Below, piece after piece: positions 1-12,909 of a DNA stretch of 64,000 bases. Where the stretch lies: NCBI GenBank assembly GCA_010909165.1, contig MU008229.1, forward strand, positions 60,512 to 124,511, read 5' to 3'. Source of the DNA: Anthoceros angustus. Taxonomy: Eukaryota > Plantae > Anthocerotophyta. Numbering within the stretch: the first letter of the stretch is position 1; every line of letters begins with the position of its first letter. The notes below the pieces were generated by a model. That model did not search any database, was not told the DNA's origin, and worked only from the letters and a program-made list of their open reading frames with translations. The position numbers and the translations under genes were made by a program.

Positions 1-5
1 CCTCG

Positions 6-929
6 GTGTATAAGGTGTACAGGATAGATCTTAGCTTCTTGCCGAAGAAGATTTTTTCCGTGGCCACGTCGCACAAGGGGTTGATATGTTTCAGCACTTA
101 CCCGAAGAACTGCAACACTGTCTCGCTGTGCGTGTGCAATCCTATCACTAGAGTGTGGAAGGCGTTGCCGGAGTTTACCATACCGGTGACACATGGGTGG
201 GAGTCGGCCATGGTTGTGGATGATGGCTCTAATGCGTTTAGAGTTATTGTGATCAGCGATGAGATGTTTGTGTCGGATAGTGAGAATGAGAATGCGTGGA
301 CGCTCCACGAGTATTCGTCGGACCGAGATGTGTGGAGGATCATACAAGGGGACAACTCGCGGGATACTTTCTTTGGAGGTGCGTTCTTGCTCTCGGGGGA
401 GTTGATGTACAGCGTGGACGACGTGGAAGTGCAGCTGTACAGTACAGTGGCGGGGAAGGTGGTTAGGAAGCTGGAGGTGGAAACCCCAGCTGGAACTTTC
501 TTTCACGCCCGCCTGATGGAACACTATGGGGAGGTGCTGCTGGTTGGGGACATCATGGCTTACAGGGGCTCCACTGTGGGGATCTGGAAGCTTGACCAGA
601 CGAAAGCGGTTTGGGATCCTGTCTCCGTGTTCCCAGAGGTGCAGCTCAGCGAGATGGCGCGGGATTGGGTATTAATAAACAGCCTCACAGTGGGGCATTT
701 CATCTGTGTGGAGATAGAAGTGTACCAGCTGAACAAAACAGTAGGCTTGCAGTATGTCCTGGCCTTCAACACCAGAGAAGACAGCTGGCATACATTCCGA
801 ATGAAGAGCGTCAGAGAGAGATCTGAGAGCGTAGCGCGTCAGGAGGACTTCTGGAATTCATACCCATTGAGACGTGTGAGGGACAAAGGGCTCACTCTCA
901 TTGAGCCCAGATTGGATGTATTTATTTAA
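6..929 (+). CDS. F-box-associated (kelch-like beta-propeller) protein, 5' end outside the window
   Basis: Intronless 307-aa frame with plant F-box/kelch C-terminal motifs (SHKGLICF, LCVCNPITRVWKALP, WTLHEYSS..DVW, VGIWKLD). The frame is open to the window edge, so the F-box motif is presumably upstream. Confidence 0.72.
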   Translation: MYKVYRIDLSFLPKKIFSVATSHKGLICFSTYPKNCNTVSLCVCNPITRVWKALPEFTIPVTHGWESAMVVDDGSNAFRVIVISDEMFVSDSENENAWTLHEYSSDRDVWRIIQGDNSRDTFFGGAFLLSGELMYSVDDVEVQLYSTVAGKVVRKLEVETPAGTFFHARLMEHYGEVLLVGDIMAYRGSTVGIWKLDQTKAVWDPVSVFPEVQLSEMARDWVLINSLTVGHFICVEIEVYQLNKTVGLQYVLAFNTREDSWHTFRMKSVRERSESVARQEDFWNSYPLRRVRDKGLTLIEPRLDVFI

Positions 930-1125
930 ACTTTTGGAGGCTTCTCTTCCAGGAAACCTGTGGGATATGACTTGTAAATATTGGAACGCTCTCCTTAGTG
1001 GGAGCTCATTGTCACACCTGCAAGATTTTGCATGAGCAAAACTAATCTCTGGATTAGCAAACTGGGAAGGAGAAGATGACCACAAAATCCGGAGACAAGC
1101 ACTCCCAAGCAACTGTTTCCTCACA

Positions 1126-2367
1126 TCAGAGATTCCATCTCGGTACGAGAAACCCGTAGAACTTGGTGGCCAGTAGATGCGGGGCCTCATCATTCAGAAG
1201 CAGGTGCCATAAATTCTTCACAATGCTGAATCCGAGTAGCAATGTTCTTGAAGGAGGATCAGAGACGCGGATGGTGAGGAAGATCATGTCACCTTCAGCA
1301 GAGGCATATTCCAACCATCTGGAGGAATGAGTAGCCAAGCTGCCTTGGGTTGCAAGCACTTCTGCAGGCGGGACAGAAACGAGTATCCATTGCATGCTGT
1401 TGAGTTCAAGCCTCCAAATCCCGTAGCTGGCATCTTCTCCAGAGCGGAAGGGCCCCACGTAGAAGACCATTCCCCTGCACTCTACCAGGAAGTAATGTTT
1501 GGGACTGTAAGCCGCAGGTGGCCACTCATCAGGCACGATGGCCCTGTGCCACACAGATGTGCCTTCCTCAATGTTGTGCACCAGGAGCACACCCTCCTGC
1601 CCCCCGTCGTAGCGGTACAGCACACCATTGCTTACAACATCGGCAAACTTATGAGCAGATAGCCTGGGCCGGATGTTATCAGGAGGACGCTCTCCTTGAA
1701 AGGTCTTCCAAGCATGTGTCACAGAGGAGAAGACGCATATGATCCAGGGATTATACATGGGACAGGAATTCACCCTGTCGTAGATGACAACCACTTTGAA
1801 ACTGGCATTGGAGGCCTTGTCCACCTCCACCTTGATCATCCCGAAAGGATCCGGCCTGATGCCTATCTGCGGCAACCGCACACAAGTCCTGGTGAAGGGG
1901 TTCACAACATACAGCTCGCAGCTGCTGTCCGGCAGCCTGTTGGTGGACAGCACCAGCTCACACACTCGGATGAGTATCAACCCATCTTGTGACACCACCG
2001 TGCGCTCGTACCCAACTTTCTTCAACGAATGTGTGTCATACAGGGACCTCATACCCACACTCTTGCTGGAGAGCACACTGTGGAACCGGGATGGGATGAA
2101 ATTTAGATTGAGCTTGTATTGCGGGTACCGAGACAAGCTGGATGCAGGGATCGGACCCCGCTGCAGGGAGGGGCTGAAGCAGAAAACACAGATCATCGGT
2201 GGAGACGGAGGCAATATGGAGGCCTGGAACTGGAATTGGGCAGAGGAGAGAAAGGACCGCCACTGCTTGCACACTGCTCGGAACCGGAACTGGGTTGTCG
2301 GTGGCAAGGCCAGCAGCACTCTCCCCACAAGCTCCTCTGGCAGCTTGCTCCACACTGTTTCGTCCAT
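1126..2367 (-). CDS. F-box protein with C-terminal FBA/kelch-like domain
   Basis: Likely ATG at 2367 (MDETVWSKLPEELVGRVLLALPPTTQFRFRAVCKQWRSFLSS, a canonical F-box), followed by SQDGLILI, LYVVNPFTRTCVRLP and YGIWRLE motifs. Intronless and convergent with the gene at 6-929. Confidence 0.87.
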   Translation of the reverse strand: MDETVWSKLPEELVGRVLLALPPTTQFRFRAVCKQWRSFLSSAQFQFQASILPPSPPMICVFCFSPSLQRGPIPASSLSRYPQYKLNLNFIPSRFHSVLSSKSVGMRSLYDTHSLKKVGYERTVVSQDGLILIRVCELVLSTNRLPDSSCELYVVNPFTRTCVRLPQIGIRPDPFGMIKVEVDKASNASFKVVVIYDRVNSCPMYNPWIICVFSSVTHAWKTFQGERPPDNIRPRLSAHKFADVVSNGVLYRYDGGQEGVLLVHNIEEGTSVWHRAIVPDEWPPAAYSPKHYFLVECRGMVFYVGPFRSGEDASYGIWRLELNSMQWILVSVPPAEVLATQGSLATHSSRWLEYASAEGDMIFLTIRVSDPPSRTLLLGFSIVKNLWHLLLNDEAPHLLATKFYGFLVPRWNL

Positions 2368-2829
2368 ATCACCAGCCCGTCTTGTTGCGGTGCCTGAAAA
2401 CCTTCCTTGCACCACGTACAGTTCCAGACTGAGTTCTGATTGCTCCATTTTCCCACAAACAAAATTTGGGAACAGAGCCCTTCTTGCGGAGGCAACTCTT
2501 CGCAGTAGGGCGGCTGTCTGCGCAGCGTGATCTCCAGCTCGAAGGCGACGGCTCAATTCGGTGGATGCCTCTTGCCGTCCATTCATACCCCGTCAACGAA
2601 GAAGGAAATATGTTTTGATTTTCAATCATTGACTGACCCTTCAACGCCAAACGCAATCGCTTTTATTTCGTTTGGACCTTTGACTCGAAAACTTCGTGAG
2701 ACAAAGTGGCAAGGAGTAATGTATTAGTTTATTAGAAAAAAACGATGAAAAAAACCCATGCCGCATGGGACAACCAAAGTGGACCTCAGTCAGGGTGACA
2801 AGGAGCAATTAAAATTTTCATCTAAAATT

Positions 2830-4290
2830 ATTTACTATTTCTAGAACATCCTATGCAAGAAGAACAAATGGCCTGCAAATTATGGAGGAAGAGGAAGAAT
2901 CGTCACCTGCCATCGCCGCCTTGTGAAAGATTGTCGTCGAGACGGCTCTTTGAAGGGCAATGGAGACTCGATGTCTGAAGTAAGCTATGAAATAAGAAAG
3001 GGACAACCCCGCGCCATGCCTGTGGGCGCAGTACGATTTGACACAAGTCTTGAGAAATTTATTGAAGTCCGCAGCCATTACCCCATACGTTTCGAGTGCG
3101 AGTAGAATAAAGAAGTGACCCGCTTGCATCCCGTTGTACTTCCTGACCTTGAGAGCCGCAGCTCCGGCGGCAACCCAGTTAGGACGGTCAGTGATAACCT
3201 GAGCGACGATGGTGTTTCGAGCAGTGTCAGTAACCACCACGTCCGCCACCGAGACCTGGTCGCCGTGGGCAAAGTACAAGTCAGCCCTGATTGAGCGACT
3301 TGTTTGAAGAGGCTACCCTCACTCCCTCCAGGCCATGTAGCAGCGTTCGCGAGCAATAGCAAACATGACATCGCAGATAGCATCGTGGGTAGCAATGAAA
3401 TGACCCCCATGCATGGGGACAACGAGCAAGGTCAACCCTAGAATCATCGAGGGCAGAGGCGCACTCGCAGGTAAGGAGGGAAGATGTCACAGGCTGGAGC
3501 AGGCCAAGATGAAATCGCATCACAGTGGTGAAGGTGGTTGGTGCGATAACAAAACCCTATATACATGGACAAGCCAGAAGCCAAGCGCCTGCGCCCTTAC
3601 CAAAACAAGAGCGAAGCCGAGCCCTCGTGGACCTCGGGATGGAGGGGTCTAGGAGGACGGACTGAAAAGCTTGGCTGAGCTGCTTCTCAAGCAACAACGC
3701 TTGCAACCCCCTGAAACCATCGGAGAAGAACGTCAAGAAAGGAGGAATCCCTGGCCTACCTCAAAGAAATTTGGAGAGGGAAGGTTCCCTCTTCAACATT
3801 AGACACAAGATCCTCCAGAAAGGGTCTATCCTGGAGGATGAAGCGAAAGGCCAGAGCAGGAGCTGATAAAGCCCAGCTGCCTAAAAAAGTCGTCGGGGAA
3901 GAAACCTTCAGTGAGAGTAGGCCGACGCCCCCAAATTGCATTGGCATGGACTCTTGCCAGCGGGCCAAATCGCCTGCAGGGCACTCGAAAGCTCCTGGGC
4001 CCATGATGTCCCCAAGAGTATTCATTATCTTCTTGTCAAACCCCTATAATCAAGACAGGAGAACCGGAGACGGGAGGAGCGTCTAGATGAGAGACTGGTC
4101 CAGGAAGCTCCCGATGAGGTCAAGAGAGCTGAAGGGACCCCCAATCCAGAGAGACCCAAAGGAGCAATCTCCCAAAGAAGGAACGCAGTGGGAGGATACC
4201 CGATGGGGACAGGGAGCATGCTTGGAGAGCTTGACCTTCAAGCCAACCAAAGAAAGTCATGAGAGAAGAGTTGGAAGGCCTCCTTGACCT
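2830..4290 (-). mobile_element. Degenerate non-LTR retrotransposon 3' part, CRE/SLACS-like with restriction-like endonuclease
   Basis: Frameshifted fragments in the expected order: post-RT segment (LPVPIG; RWQESMPMQFGGVGLLS...FLGSW), Cys/His finger region (RFHLG...CECASALDDSRVDLARC), then RLE segment (DVVVTD...AAALKVRKY...FILLALETYG...RHRVSIALQRA). Confidence 0.68.
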
Positions 4291-4694
4291 TGTCCCCCGG
4301 GCCCAAAGAGTGTGCGAGGTTCCTGAAAGGAGTAAGCGAGCCCCTTACGATCTAGGTGTGCATAACTCAAAGGAATTTTCATGTTTTCAAATTTAAAATT
4401 TTAATAGTATTCAATAGATAGAGAATTATATCATTTATGTACTAAAATAAAGAGTGGGATCCTTTCATTCTACTTACATAATGAAGAGGGTGGACTTATT
4501 GATTAAGTAGAGATGAGATGAGTCCATCTACATCTTAGGGAGACCTAGGAGCAACTAAGCTCACGTCTGATGCTCCCTACATGGAGACATATGATCTAAG
4601 AGTAAGTAGAGGTAATTAAATATTTTAACATTACTTATCACGCCTATGATTTCATGACCGCATATACTCATGGAAATGGAAGGGCCTATTTATC

Positions 4695-4840
4695 ACTGGG
4701 TTTTATTCAATAAAGTGTAGTTTCTTGATTATACCATCCACAACTTTGGTAATGTAATAATGAAGAAGAGTCTACTTAACATTGGGTTATATTCAATAAA
4801 GTGTATTTTCTTGATTATATCATCCACAACCTTGGTTAAT
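4695..4840. repeat. Imperfect direct repeat of about 59 bp (4695-4753 and 4782-4840)
   Basis: tgggttttattcaataaagtgtagtttcttgattataccatccacaactttggtaat versus tgggttatattcaataaagtgtattttcttgattatatcatccacaaccttggttaat. Confidence 0.8.
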
Positions 4841-6413
4841 AGCGTCTGTGTAGAAGGAGGTTTCTCCTAAAACCCCTTTTTGCACTTGAAAAAATCCGCA
4901 CTATAATCAGCCGTTTTGGTATTTCTCTGCAGACGTGTCATTCGCAACCTTTTGAATAATTGTTTTGATACACGTTATTTGATATTATAGATTGCAAGAA
5001 TGTGGCAAAAACTAAAGTCTCATTCTCGTTGCTTTTCTTTCAAGCGGACACGGAATTCGCAAACATGCGCGCACCCATCTAAACATTCTCAACAGCAATC
5101 ATTGCTAGGTGTTGGGCCTCTAAGCGTTTAGATTTTTAGGGCTTCTTGTAATTACAGTGCGCAAACTTGTTTGCGCAACAACCTTCATTCATACCGTCAA
5201 TCCTAAGACTATACTCTCTGCTCTGAATTTTACAGGGGTTTCTTAGACATTGGGACAATAATATCTTCGTTGACATGATGCTCTTGATCCGCGTGCAGTG
5301 CGAGAATGAGAGTGGCATGGTATGCACTTGGAGCTGGGCCTACGCCAAATGTCTCAAGATTCAAAAGATATAAAGGTTCTCACTCCTAGTTCAAAGCTTT
5401 AACCACTAGAAAAAAGATGAGGGCTAAGTAAAGATAAGAACATATCCACATTAGGGTAGTGCACAAAAAAGGTTGAAAACGTCGAAAGGAACCCTTTAAA
5501 ATAATAATATATCAAAAATATCAAAAAATACCATAAATTTCAAAAAAATATCAAAATTTTAGGGCAAGTGCACACACTTGCCTCAAAAAATTGGACTTTT
5601 TTGGGATTTTTTTGGGGTTTAAATTTTTGTTCTTTTTCTTCGATGAGCGTAGGGAATGCACTGGGAGGCATGAATCATATGGGTTCATGCTCCTAGGCCT
5701 GACCTTGGATCACGTTACTTGTGCGTACAGGCCTCCTTGCCCACAGTGCGCACACAAATGTCACACAGAGCCTTGCCCCTGCCTTTGGGCCCCACCTGTT
5801 GCATGCACTTGTTCAGCCCAGGCCCCCATGTTTGATGATAACGGTACTAGGTCCAGAAGAGACGGAAACCGTAAAGGATAAAAGGGGATAGGGTGTTCTT
5901 CGTCGCATTAGGGCATAGGATAGATATATGAGTGGTCTAGGTGAACCTCCATGATGTCTGCTACTTGTTATTTTGTCGAGGAGTTCACATCCTCGGACCG
6001 CCAAAGGACATGTTTCCCCATTAGAAGATCATTTTTCGCGTTCTTTTTGCACAAGTTTGCGCAAAGCATTGTACCAGGCGCGCACTTGTGCGCGCCTAGG
6101 CCTCCTGGAATACAAAAACATAGAGAACCACACAAAATACAGAAACTATGGACATGATGAAATTCTGGAACAATGAGGTCACTGGCCCTTCATCACGCCG
6201 ACTAAATCGCTATGAATCTGATTAGAAGGTGCCAGCTCGGTGTAAATGATTTGACACGAAGTAGCATCGGAGCTGAGAATGCTAGAAACAGATGGATGAA
6301 CACCTACAAAAAACAACAAAAACCAAACCAACTTGAGTTTTCGGCAAAATAGGGTTGGGATTTTTACCAAAACCCTTTTTCACAGGAGAAACCCCTTTCT
6401 ACACAGATGTTGT
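4839..6413. mobile_element. Non-autonomous TIR DNA transposon, about 1.6 kb, flanked by TA
   Basis: Left end ATAGCGTCTGTGTAGAAGGAGGTTTCTCCT matches the reverse complement of the right end (ACAACATCTGTGTAGAAAGGGGTTTCTCCT) over about 30 bp. TA lies at 4837-4838 and 6414-6415. No transposase ORF inside. Confidence 0.55.
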
Positions 6414-6579
6414 TAGTTGTGTAATAATGAAACATATGTGTCATTTTCTGCAAGTCAACTAGGTCCCAATAGATCTTACTCCAAAATATGTGCCATTCTT
6501 CTTTTTGTTGACAAATGATGGCTTCTACTTAGGAATAGATAAGGAGAACGAATATCGTTGCTCATTGCTGAGGAAGATT

Positions 6580-7887
6580 ATTGATACTCTTGGGGACATC
6601 CACAGGCTCGAGGCTTTTGAGTGCCACAATGAGCGTCAGCCCGGCAGCAAGCGTCCCACATACAATTTGAGGCCAGTGTACGCTCTCATTTGGAAGTCTT
6701 CTCCCCGGCGGCTTTCTGGGCAGTTGGGCCCTCTCTGCTTTGGCTTCTCGATTCATCCTCCATGACAGGCCCTTTCTTGAGGATCTCGTATCTGGTGTGG
6801 AGGAGGGAACCTTCTCTCTCCAAACATCCTTGAGGCAAGCTAGGGACATGTTATCATTGGATGCTCGGAAGGACTTCCCTCCTTTCTCGACATTTATTCG
6901 ATGGTTTACGGGGTTGCAGGCATCCTGCTCGAAGCGGCTCGGCTAGAGCTTTCGTTGCATCCTCCAGCAGGCCCTTTCTTGAGGATCTCGTATCCAGTGT
7001 GGAGGAGGAACCTTCTCTCAAACATCCTTGAGGCAAGCTAGGACATGTTATCATTGGATGCTGGACTTCCCTCCTTCTCGACATTTATTCTTGATGGTTT
7101 ACGGTTGAGCATCCTGCTCGAGAAGCTTCGGCTAGGCTTTCGATCATCCTCCGGGACCCCTCCATCCCCACGTCCACAGGCGTGACTCGCTCTTGTTGCA
7201 GGAAAAGCGGTGCTTGGCTATTGGCCGCCATGCATCTGAGGTTTTCACATCGCACCAACCACCTTCACTACTTCGATGCGATTACATCTTGGCATGCTCC
7301 GGCTGTGCCTTCTTCGCTCCTTACTTGCAGTGCGGCTCGCCTCGATGATTAAGGGTACACTTTGCTCATTGTCCCCACGGGTCTCGCATTGCCACTCACG
7401 TGCCATCGTGATGTCATGTTCGCCGCCGCCATGTTCATGACCGCTAGCCTAGAGGCGGGTGTATACTCTTCTGCAGTCGTTCAATCGGTGACACAGCACC
7501 TTGTCGTCAGCGACGGGTTTTGATGGCGAGATGATGGTTCACGATCCTACTCGAGACACCATCTCCGCTGGGTCATCACTAACCATCCAGTTGAAATTTC
7601 TGCCGGGCGGCTCTCAAGGTCCCATAAATATAGCGGGGATGCAAGCGGGCCACCTCTTATTCGCTTGCACTAGAGACGTATGGGGCAATGGTGAGGACTT
7701 TGACAAATTTGTCAGTCAAGCCTGTCTGCAGACACGATGCGGGCATCCCTCTCGTACTTCACGATACCCGAAAACGGGTTTTAATTGCCCTTCAATGGCG
7801 CCTCAGCGATCCTCCATAAGGCGGATGGAGGGTGCCGCATCTTCCTCTACCTGGTTTGCGGACGTTTTATTCTTCACACGCATATGA
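6580..7887 (+). mobile_element. Second degenerate CRE-like non-LTR copy, with an internal tandem duplication of about 200 bp
   Basis: Nucleotide similarity to the reverse complement of 2851-4025 (gatactcttggggacatc; gacaggccctttcttgaggatctcgt; atgcaagcgggccac...gagacgtatgggg). Segment 6754-6957 is repeated at about 6958-7150. Confidence 0.68.
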
Positions 7888-7929
7888 CATTGTGGATGCG
7901 ATGGGTGACTTTAGGTAGAGCTAAGTTCA

Positions 7930-10900
7930 TGGTGTGGATTTGTGTCCGGGGACACCGTGAGGTCCCATTCACCCTCAATGTCGTTGTAGGCTTAGGATTC
8001 GCTCCCAAGGGAATGGTTTGTGCCAAGGCGCTAACTTCTATAAACTCTTGACCTTCACCTAAGTCAAGACTTACTATTACCCCTCTTACCTATCTACTCA
8101 ACCACTACTACTTGTCCACCACGGCTCTTATTCCTGACCAAATCTCATTCCACATGCTCTCACCGTGGTTGCTTGACCATGAGGTGGGTCCCACACCAAA
8201 CCCTAGCGACTTATTTCCGGCGCAGCGGCGGATCCACCGCAGGCGTCCGCTGCGGATCGGCTTTGTGCACTCCACATTTCATGCACACACACACCATTCC
8301 TAGGGACCTAAATTCCACAAATCCCTCACGCTCCACACACACACAAAGGCGCCACACTCACACAACTTTACAGGCGCTGTTCCCCTTGCATGCTTCCACA
8401 GTGACACCGGTTTGGTTTCTTTTGGATTCACACAAATTCTCACTTAGTCTCAAAGTTCCTTCTCAACCCCTCTCACCTCGCGCATCTGGTGTTTAGTCAC
8501 TCCTTCACCCAATCTTCCCTCTCTCTCTCTCTCCCTCAACTCGCCCAGGCTTCCAACCATCCACTCAACACTTCTCGCACAACACAGGGGACAAGTGTGA
8601 AGGAAAAAGAACCCCAGGCGTCCAGGCGTTGAGCAAGCTCCGGACCGCCCCGCCAATCCCTTGGTTTCCTCCTCCTTTGTCAAAGATTGCTTTATCACCC
8701 CTCCTCCCAGTGCGGAGCAAGCTCTCGACCACCCCTAGGGCGTCTCGCACCACACACACACACAAGGCGCCACACTCACACAACTTTACAAGGGCTGTTC
8801 CCCTTGCGCCCTTCCACCAGCTGCACCGGTTTGGTTTCTTTTGGATTCACAATTCTCCTAGCCTCTCAATTAGTTCCCCTTCTCCCTCTCACACCTCGCA
8901 TCGCGTCTGATGTTTAGTCACTCCTTCAATCTTCTCCTCTCTCTCTCTCTCTCTCCCTCAACTTTCCCTTCCAACCATCCACTCAACACTCTCGCAATTG
9001 AACACAACTTCAGGACAAGTGTGAAGGAAAGAAGAACCCCAGGCGTCACGGGCGTTGAGCAAGCTCCGGACCGCCCGCGCCAATCCCTTGGTTTCCTCCT
9101 CCTTTGTCGGGTGCTTTATCACCCCTCCTCCCGGTGCGCAAGCTCTCGACCACCCCTAGGGCGTCTGCGCCACCGCCTGTCAATCGGACGTCTCCAACCA
9201 GCCACAGGCGCGTGGGGATCTCAACCGAGGAATTGCTCGGCGTGAGGGACCTAATTCGCCCCTCTTATACATCGGTGGCACCACCCCCGGATTTTAGGTC
9301 CTAAGATGGCTATCGAAGAGCGCCCACAATTCGGGCGATCCTAGGTCGATGACATCCTAACCAAATTATCTTTAGGTTGCTACCACCCTCGCTGTCTGCG
9401 CGCCCTACCTCGACTTGGCGTGGCCCCCGTCCTCCATTGCGCCACGAGCTCTCACCTTGGCCCTGGACGGGTTCTCCCACTACTTCCACCTCACACATCA
9501 CTGGGCGTCGAATTTGAGGTGTACCACCTGGGGCTTGCATCTTCCCGTGGCCTTTATTGAGGATTATTCACGGCTCCTCGTCCACCCAAGCTGGACCTCC
9601 TCCTCGCTCAACTCCTCCAAAGTCGCCTCCATAATAGCCAACCCCACACCGGCGCATGGTGGTAGAGCACGCCGGGTCCTCACTTGCAGTGGGTAGGCCA
9701 CATCCCTCCTATTTCCACCACACATGGGCGGTGAGGTTAAGCCGCGTTCTCCATTCACATATAGACCGGGCACATAAGTTTCCTCATCCATGTGCCGTAA
9801 TATATAGGACCCCTCTGCGGTGAGGTGCTTACCCCTCCTCCGTGAGGCTACACACGTTGCACGGCCTATGTCCTCGCGCGCCACGTCGCATCCTGTCGCC
9901 CACCGCCCGGGTTGGTTGCGCCAATGTCGATGGCGGTTTCGACTACCGGTAGTGGACTCCCACGACCGTCGTTCGTTAACGGTAGGTGAGGTTTCGGCTA
10001 CCTCGGTTCTTGCTTCCTTCCGCTCGGTAGGCCCTTCCGCTACTCGATCGTGGTCACGCTACCCGCTTCCCTTCCCTTTGTCTTTTACGGCTGACCACGT
10101 GCCTCATCCGCTCCGCTTATATCGCTCCGCTAGCTTATGGGCCTTTTCCAGAGGCCGCTTCCACCGCTCTGGGCTTGCAACTCCCCACATCTCTGGTTCG
10201 TCTCGTGGGCATCCTTAATTTGAGCCATGAGTGCTTCCTGGCTCGTCATGGCTTGCAACTTCTCACAGGCCTGCACAAATCTTCTTGAATCTTGGCCCTT
10301 ATTTCCTCTAGGTTCCGCTTGTCTTCCTCCGTTGCTTGCGCTTGGCCTCCTCTTCGTCAAACGGCCTTCACCACTTCCTCCTCGCTCAACTCCTCCAAAG
10401 TCGCCTCCATAATAGCCAACCCCACACCGGCGCATGGTAGAAGTATGCACTTGGTCCTCACTTGCATGGGTAGGCCACGATCCCTCCTATTTCCACACGC
10501 ACATGGGTGAGGTTAAGCACGCGTTCTCCATTCACATATAGACCGGGCACATAAGTTTCCTCATCCATGTGCGTAATATAATAGGACCCCTACTGCGGTG
10601 GTGCTTACCCCTCCTCCGTAGGCTACACAGTTGCACGGCCTATGTCCTCGCGGGCGCCACGTCGCATCTCGCCCGCCCCTTCCGGGTTGGTTGCGCCAAT
10701 GTCGATGGCGGTTTCGACTACTGGTGGGACTCCCGTCGTTGGTTCGGCAACCGGTAGGTGAGGTTTGGCTACCTCGGTTCTTTGCTTCCTTCGCTCGGTA
10801 GGCCCTTCCGCTACTCGATCGTGGTCACCTGCGCTTCCCTTCCCTTTGTCTTTTACGGCCCGTGCCTCATCCGCTCCGTATATCGCTCGCTAGCTTATGG

Positions 10901-12893
10901 GCCTTTTCCCAGGCCGCTTCACGCTCTGGGCTCGCAACAACTCCCCCTGCATCTCTGGTTCGTCGTGGGCATCCTTAATTTGAGCCATGAGTGCTTCCTG
11001 CTCGTCATGGCTTGCAACTTCTCACAGGCCTGCACAAATCTTCTTGAATCTTGGCCCTTATTTCCTCTAGGTTCCTTGTCTTCCTCCATTGCTTGCGCTT
11101 GGCCTCCTCTTCGTCAAAGGCCTTCACCACTTCCTCCGTCGCCCCACTGCGAGCCGGTGAGAGCTAAAGCCGCTTGATCCAACAAATGCTTGGGCCCGGA
11201 TCATCGGCGTGGTCGGCTCACCAAGTCCACTTGTTGCGGCGGACGCCATCCCTCATCGAGAACTTTCCTCCCCGGCAGTGCGCACCCTCACCAATTCGGT
11301 TGCATCCACCCTGTTGCGGGAGTCCCTTGAAAATCTCTTCCCATCTTTGAGGAGGGTCCGCCTGAGGTCGACCCTAAACCCTCAGTTGATTCATCATCGC
11401 ATCCAGTCGGCAAAATTGTCCTCGGATCGCGCCTCCTCTTACGCCACCTCAAGCTGCGTTTGGCTTTCATTTTCAGTAGCGGCCTGCTGGTGACGCATCC
11501 GCCTTCTCACCTTTTTGATGCCTTCACCCCGGTCTTCCTCCTTTTCTTTGGTGGGAATTTCCTTCTCCTCCTCCAGGCGCTGTCATGACTCCCAGCTATC
11601 GATTTTTCCTCCTTGGGCTCCTCCGCCTTCCATTTCACCTCCCTAGGCTTCCACATGTGGAGGAGGCTACAATCTCCACCTCAGCGGGGCAGTTGGCGTA
11701 AACATAAAGATGGACGAAATGGTGAGATTAGAGGGCGAGGCGGAGGAAATCAAGTTCAACCTCTCTTCACAACATCGAAGATTCGCTAATCGATCTTCGC
11801 CCCTTGACCACTTCATGAAGGAGCAAGTGGTCGGACAAATAATCACACTTCTTGTCTTTGCGAAACATAGAAACCACTGGCGGACCCATCAAGCTGTTGT
11901 TGCCAAATCCCTCGTCAACCAACCCGTTGGGTTCGATCGCCCGCTTTAACCGGCTGCTCTTGCCGTGCTTCTTTTCTGGGCGGCTCCATCACCAACCCGC
12001 CTCCTCCTTGCCGCCCATACACCCTCTAACGACTCCGGTCCCAATCCTGCGGCTTCGCTCTAAATCCCCTTTGGTATCATCCTTGGTGGCACTCACCAGT
12101 CCGAGTTCATGTAATTCCACCGCTCTTCCATGAAACCCGGCTTGACTCCTTCACGCTCCCGAACTTTCCAATGATCCATGTTCGGCCATTGGGCAAGCAC
12201 AATTCGGTGGTGACCTTGGGCCATCCCTCTCACGGTCTTCACGGTCTCGCGCCACAAACCAACGCCACCTCGCTGCGAATTTCACGGAGGTCGGTCTCGA
12301 GGTTCCTACCTCCTCGGCAAGGGCGCGGCTGCATGCGCCTTCCTCCTCTGCGTCGCGCCTCGCGATGTCGGCGGGGTTGAGCTCCTTCCCTTCGTCGTTG
12401 CGCCTCGCGCCCTCCTGCGATCACGGTGCCCCGGACCACGGCTCCTCGACCGTCGGCGGACGTCGTCGCGCTCCACCTCGCTCCGGGCCGTTGCGCTCCG
12501 TTGTTTGAGCAGGATTACATCATTCCTAGGGTTAAGTTTCCCGGGTTCCCCTACTCTGTTCGACCTCTTGCTTCCACATCCCAATCCACAACCCCACTCA
12601 TTCACTCTGGCGCGTGTCGACCCCAACTTATAGACTCTAATTATTCCAAACCCCCTATCTCACATATATAGACTTTTTAGGGAACATTCGAGTCCATGGG
12701 CCAAGGAACACCAAATTCCGGACCATTTATTTTCTAACCTAGGCAATAAAACAAAAAGAACTCCATAGGCCAAGGACATTTTCTTCTGAATATCCCCAAC
12801 TACCGTCAATCGACTTATTTTCACACCACTCTCAAAAAAACAAAAAATTCACTTGGGCACATTTTGCGGGGTTTCGAGACTAGATCGTTTACA
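7930..12893 (-). repeat. 3' LTR (about 3.76 kb after removing two private tandem duplications)
   Basis: Colinear with 22822-26657. The inner end ...gatcgtttaCA at 12893 reads TGTAAACG on the minus strand. The outer end lacks the first few LTR bases. Private duplications at about 8331-8750/8751-9170 and 9598-10378/10379-11135. Confidence 0.8.
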
Positions 12894-12905
12894 TACTCCC
12901 TTCTC
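12894..12905 (-). promoter_or_regulatory. Polypurine tract
   Basis: The minus strand reads GAGAAGGGAGTA immediately before TGTAAAC, within a few nt of where LTR-LTR homology ends and just after the integrase C-terminus. Confidence 0.65.
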
Positions 12906-12909
12906 ATTT

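Noticed and set aside
8197-8207. Telomeric repeat or telo-box (aaaccctag; also about 21207 and 23109)
   Set aside because: One imperfect unit per LTR copy; not an array and not distinguishable from chance.
8173-12671. Numerous plus-strand Pro/Ser/Arg-rich ORFs within the LTRs and gag region
   Set aside because: Antisense shadows of GC-rich minus-strand coding sequence, many with TTG/GTG starts that are not meaningful for a plant nuclear locus.
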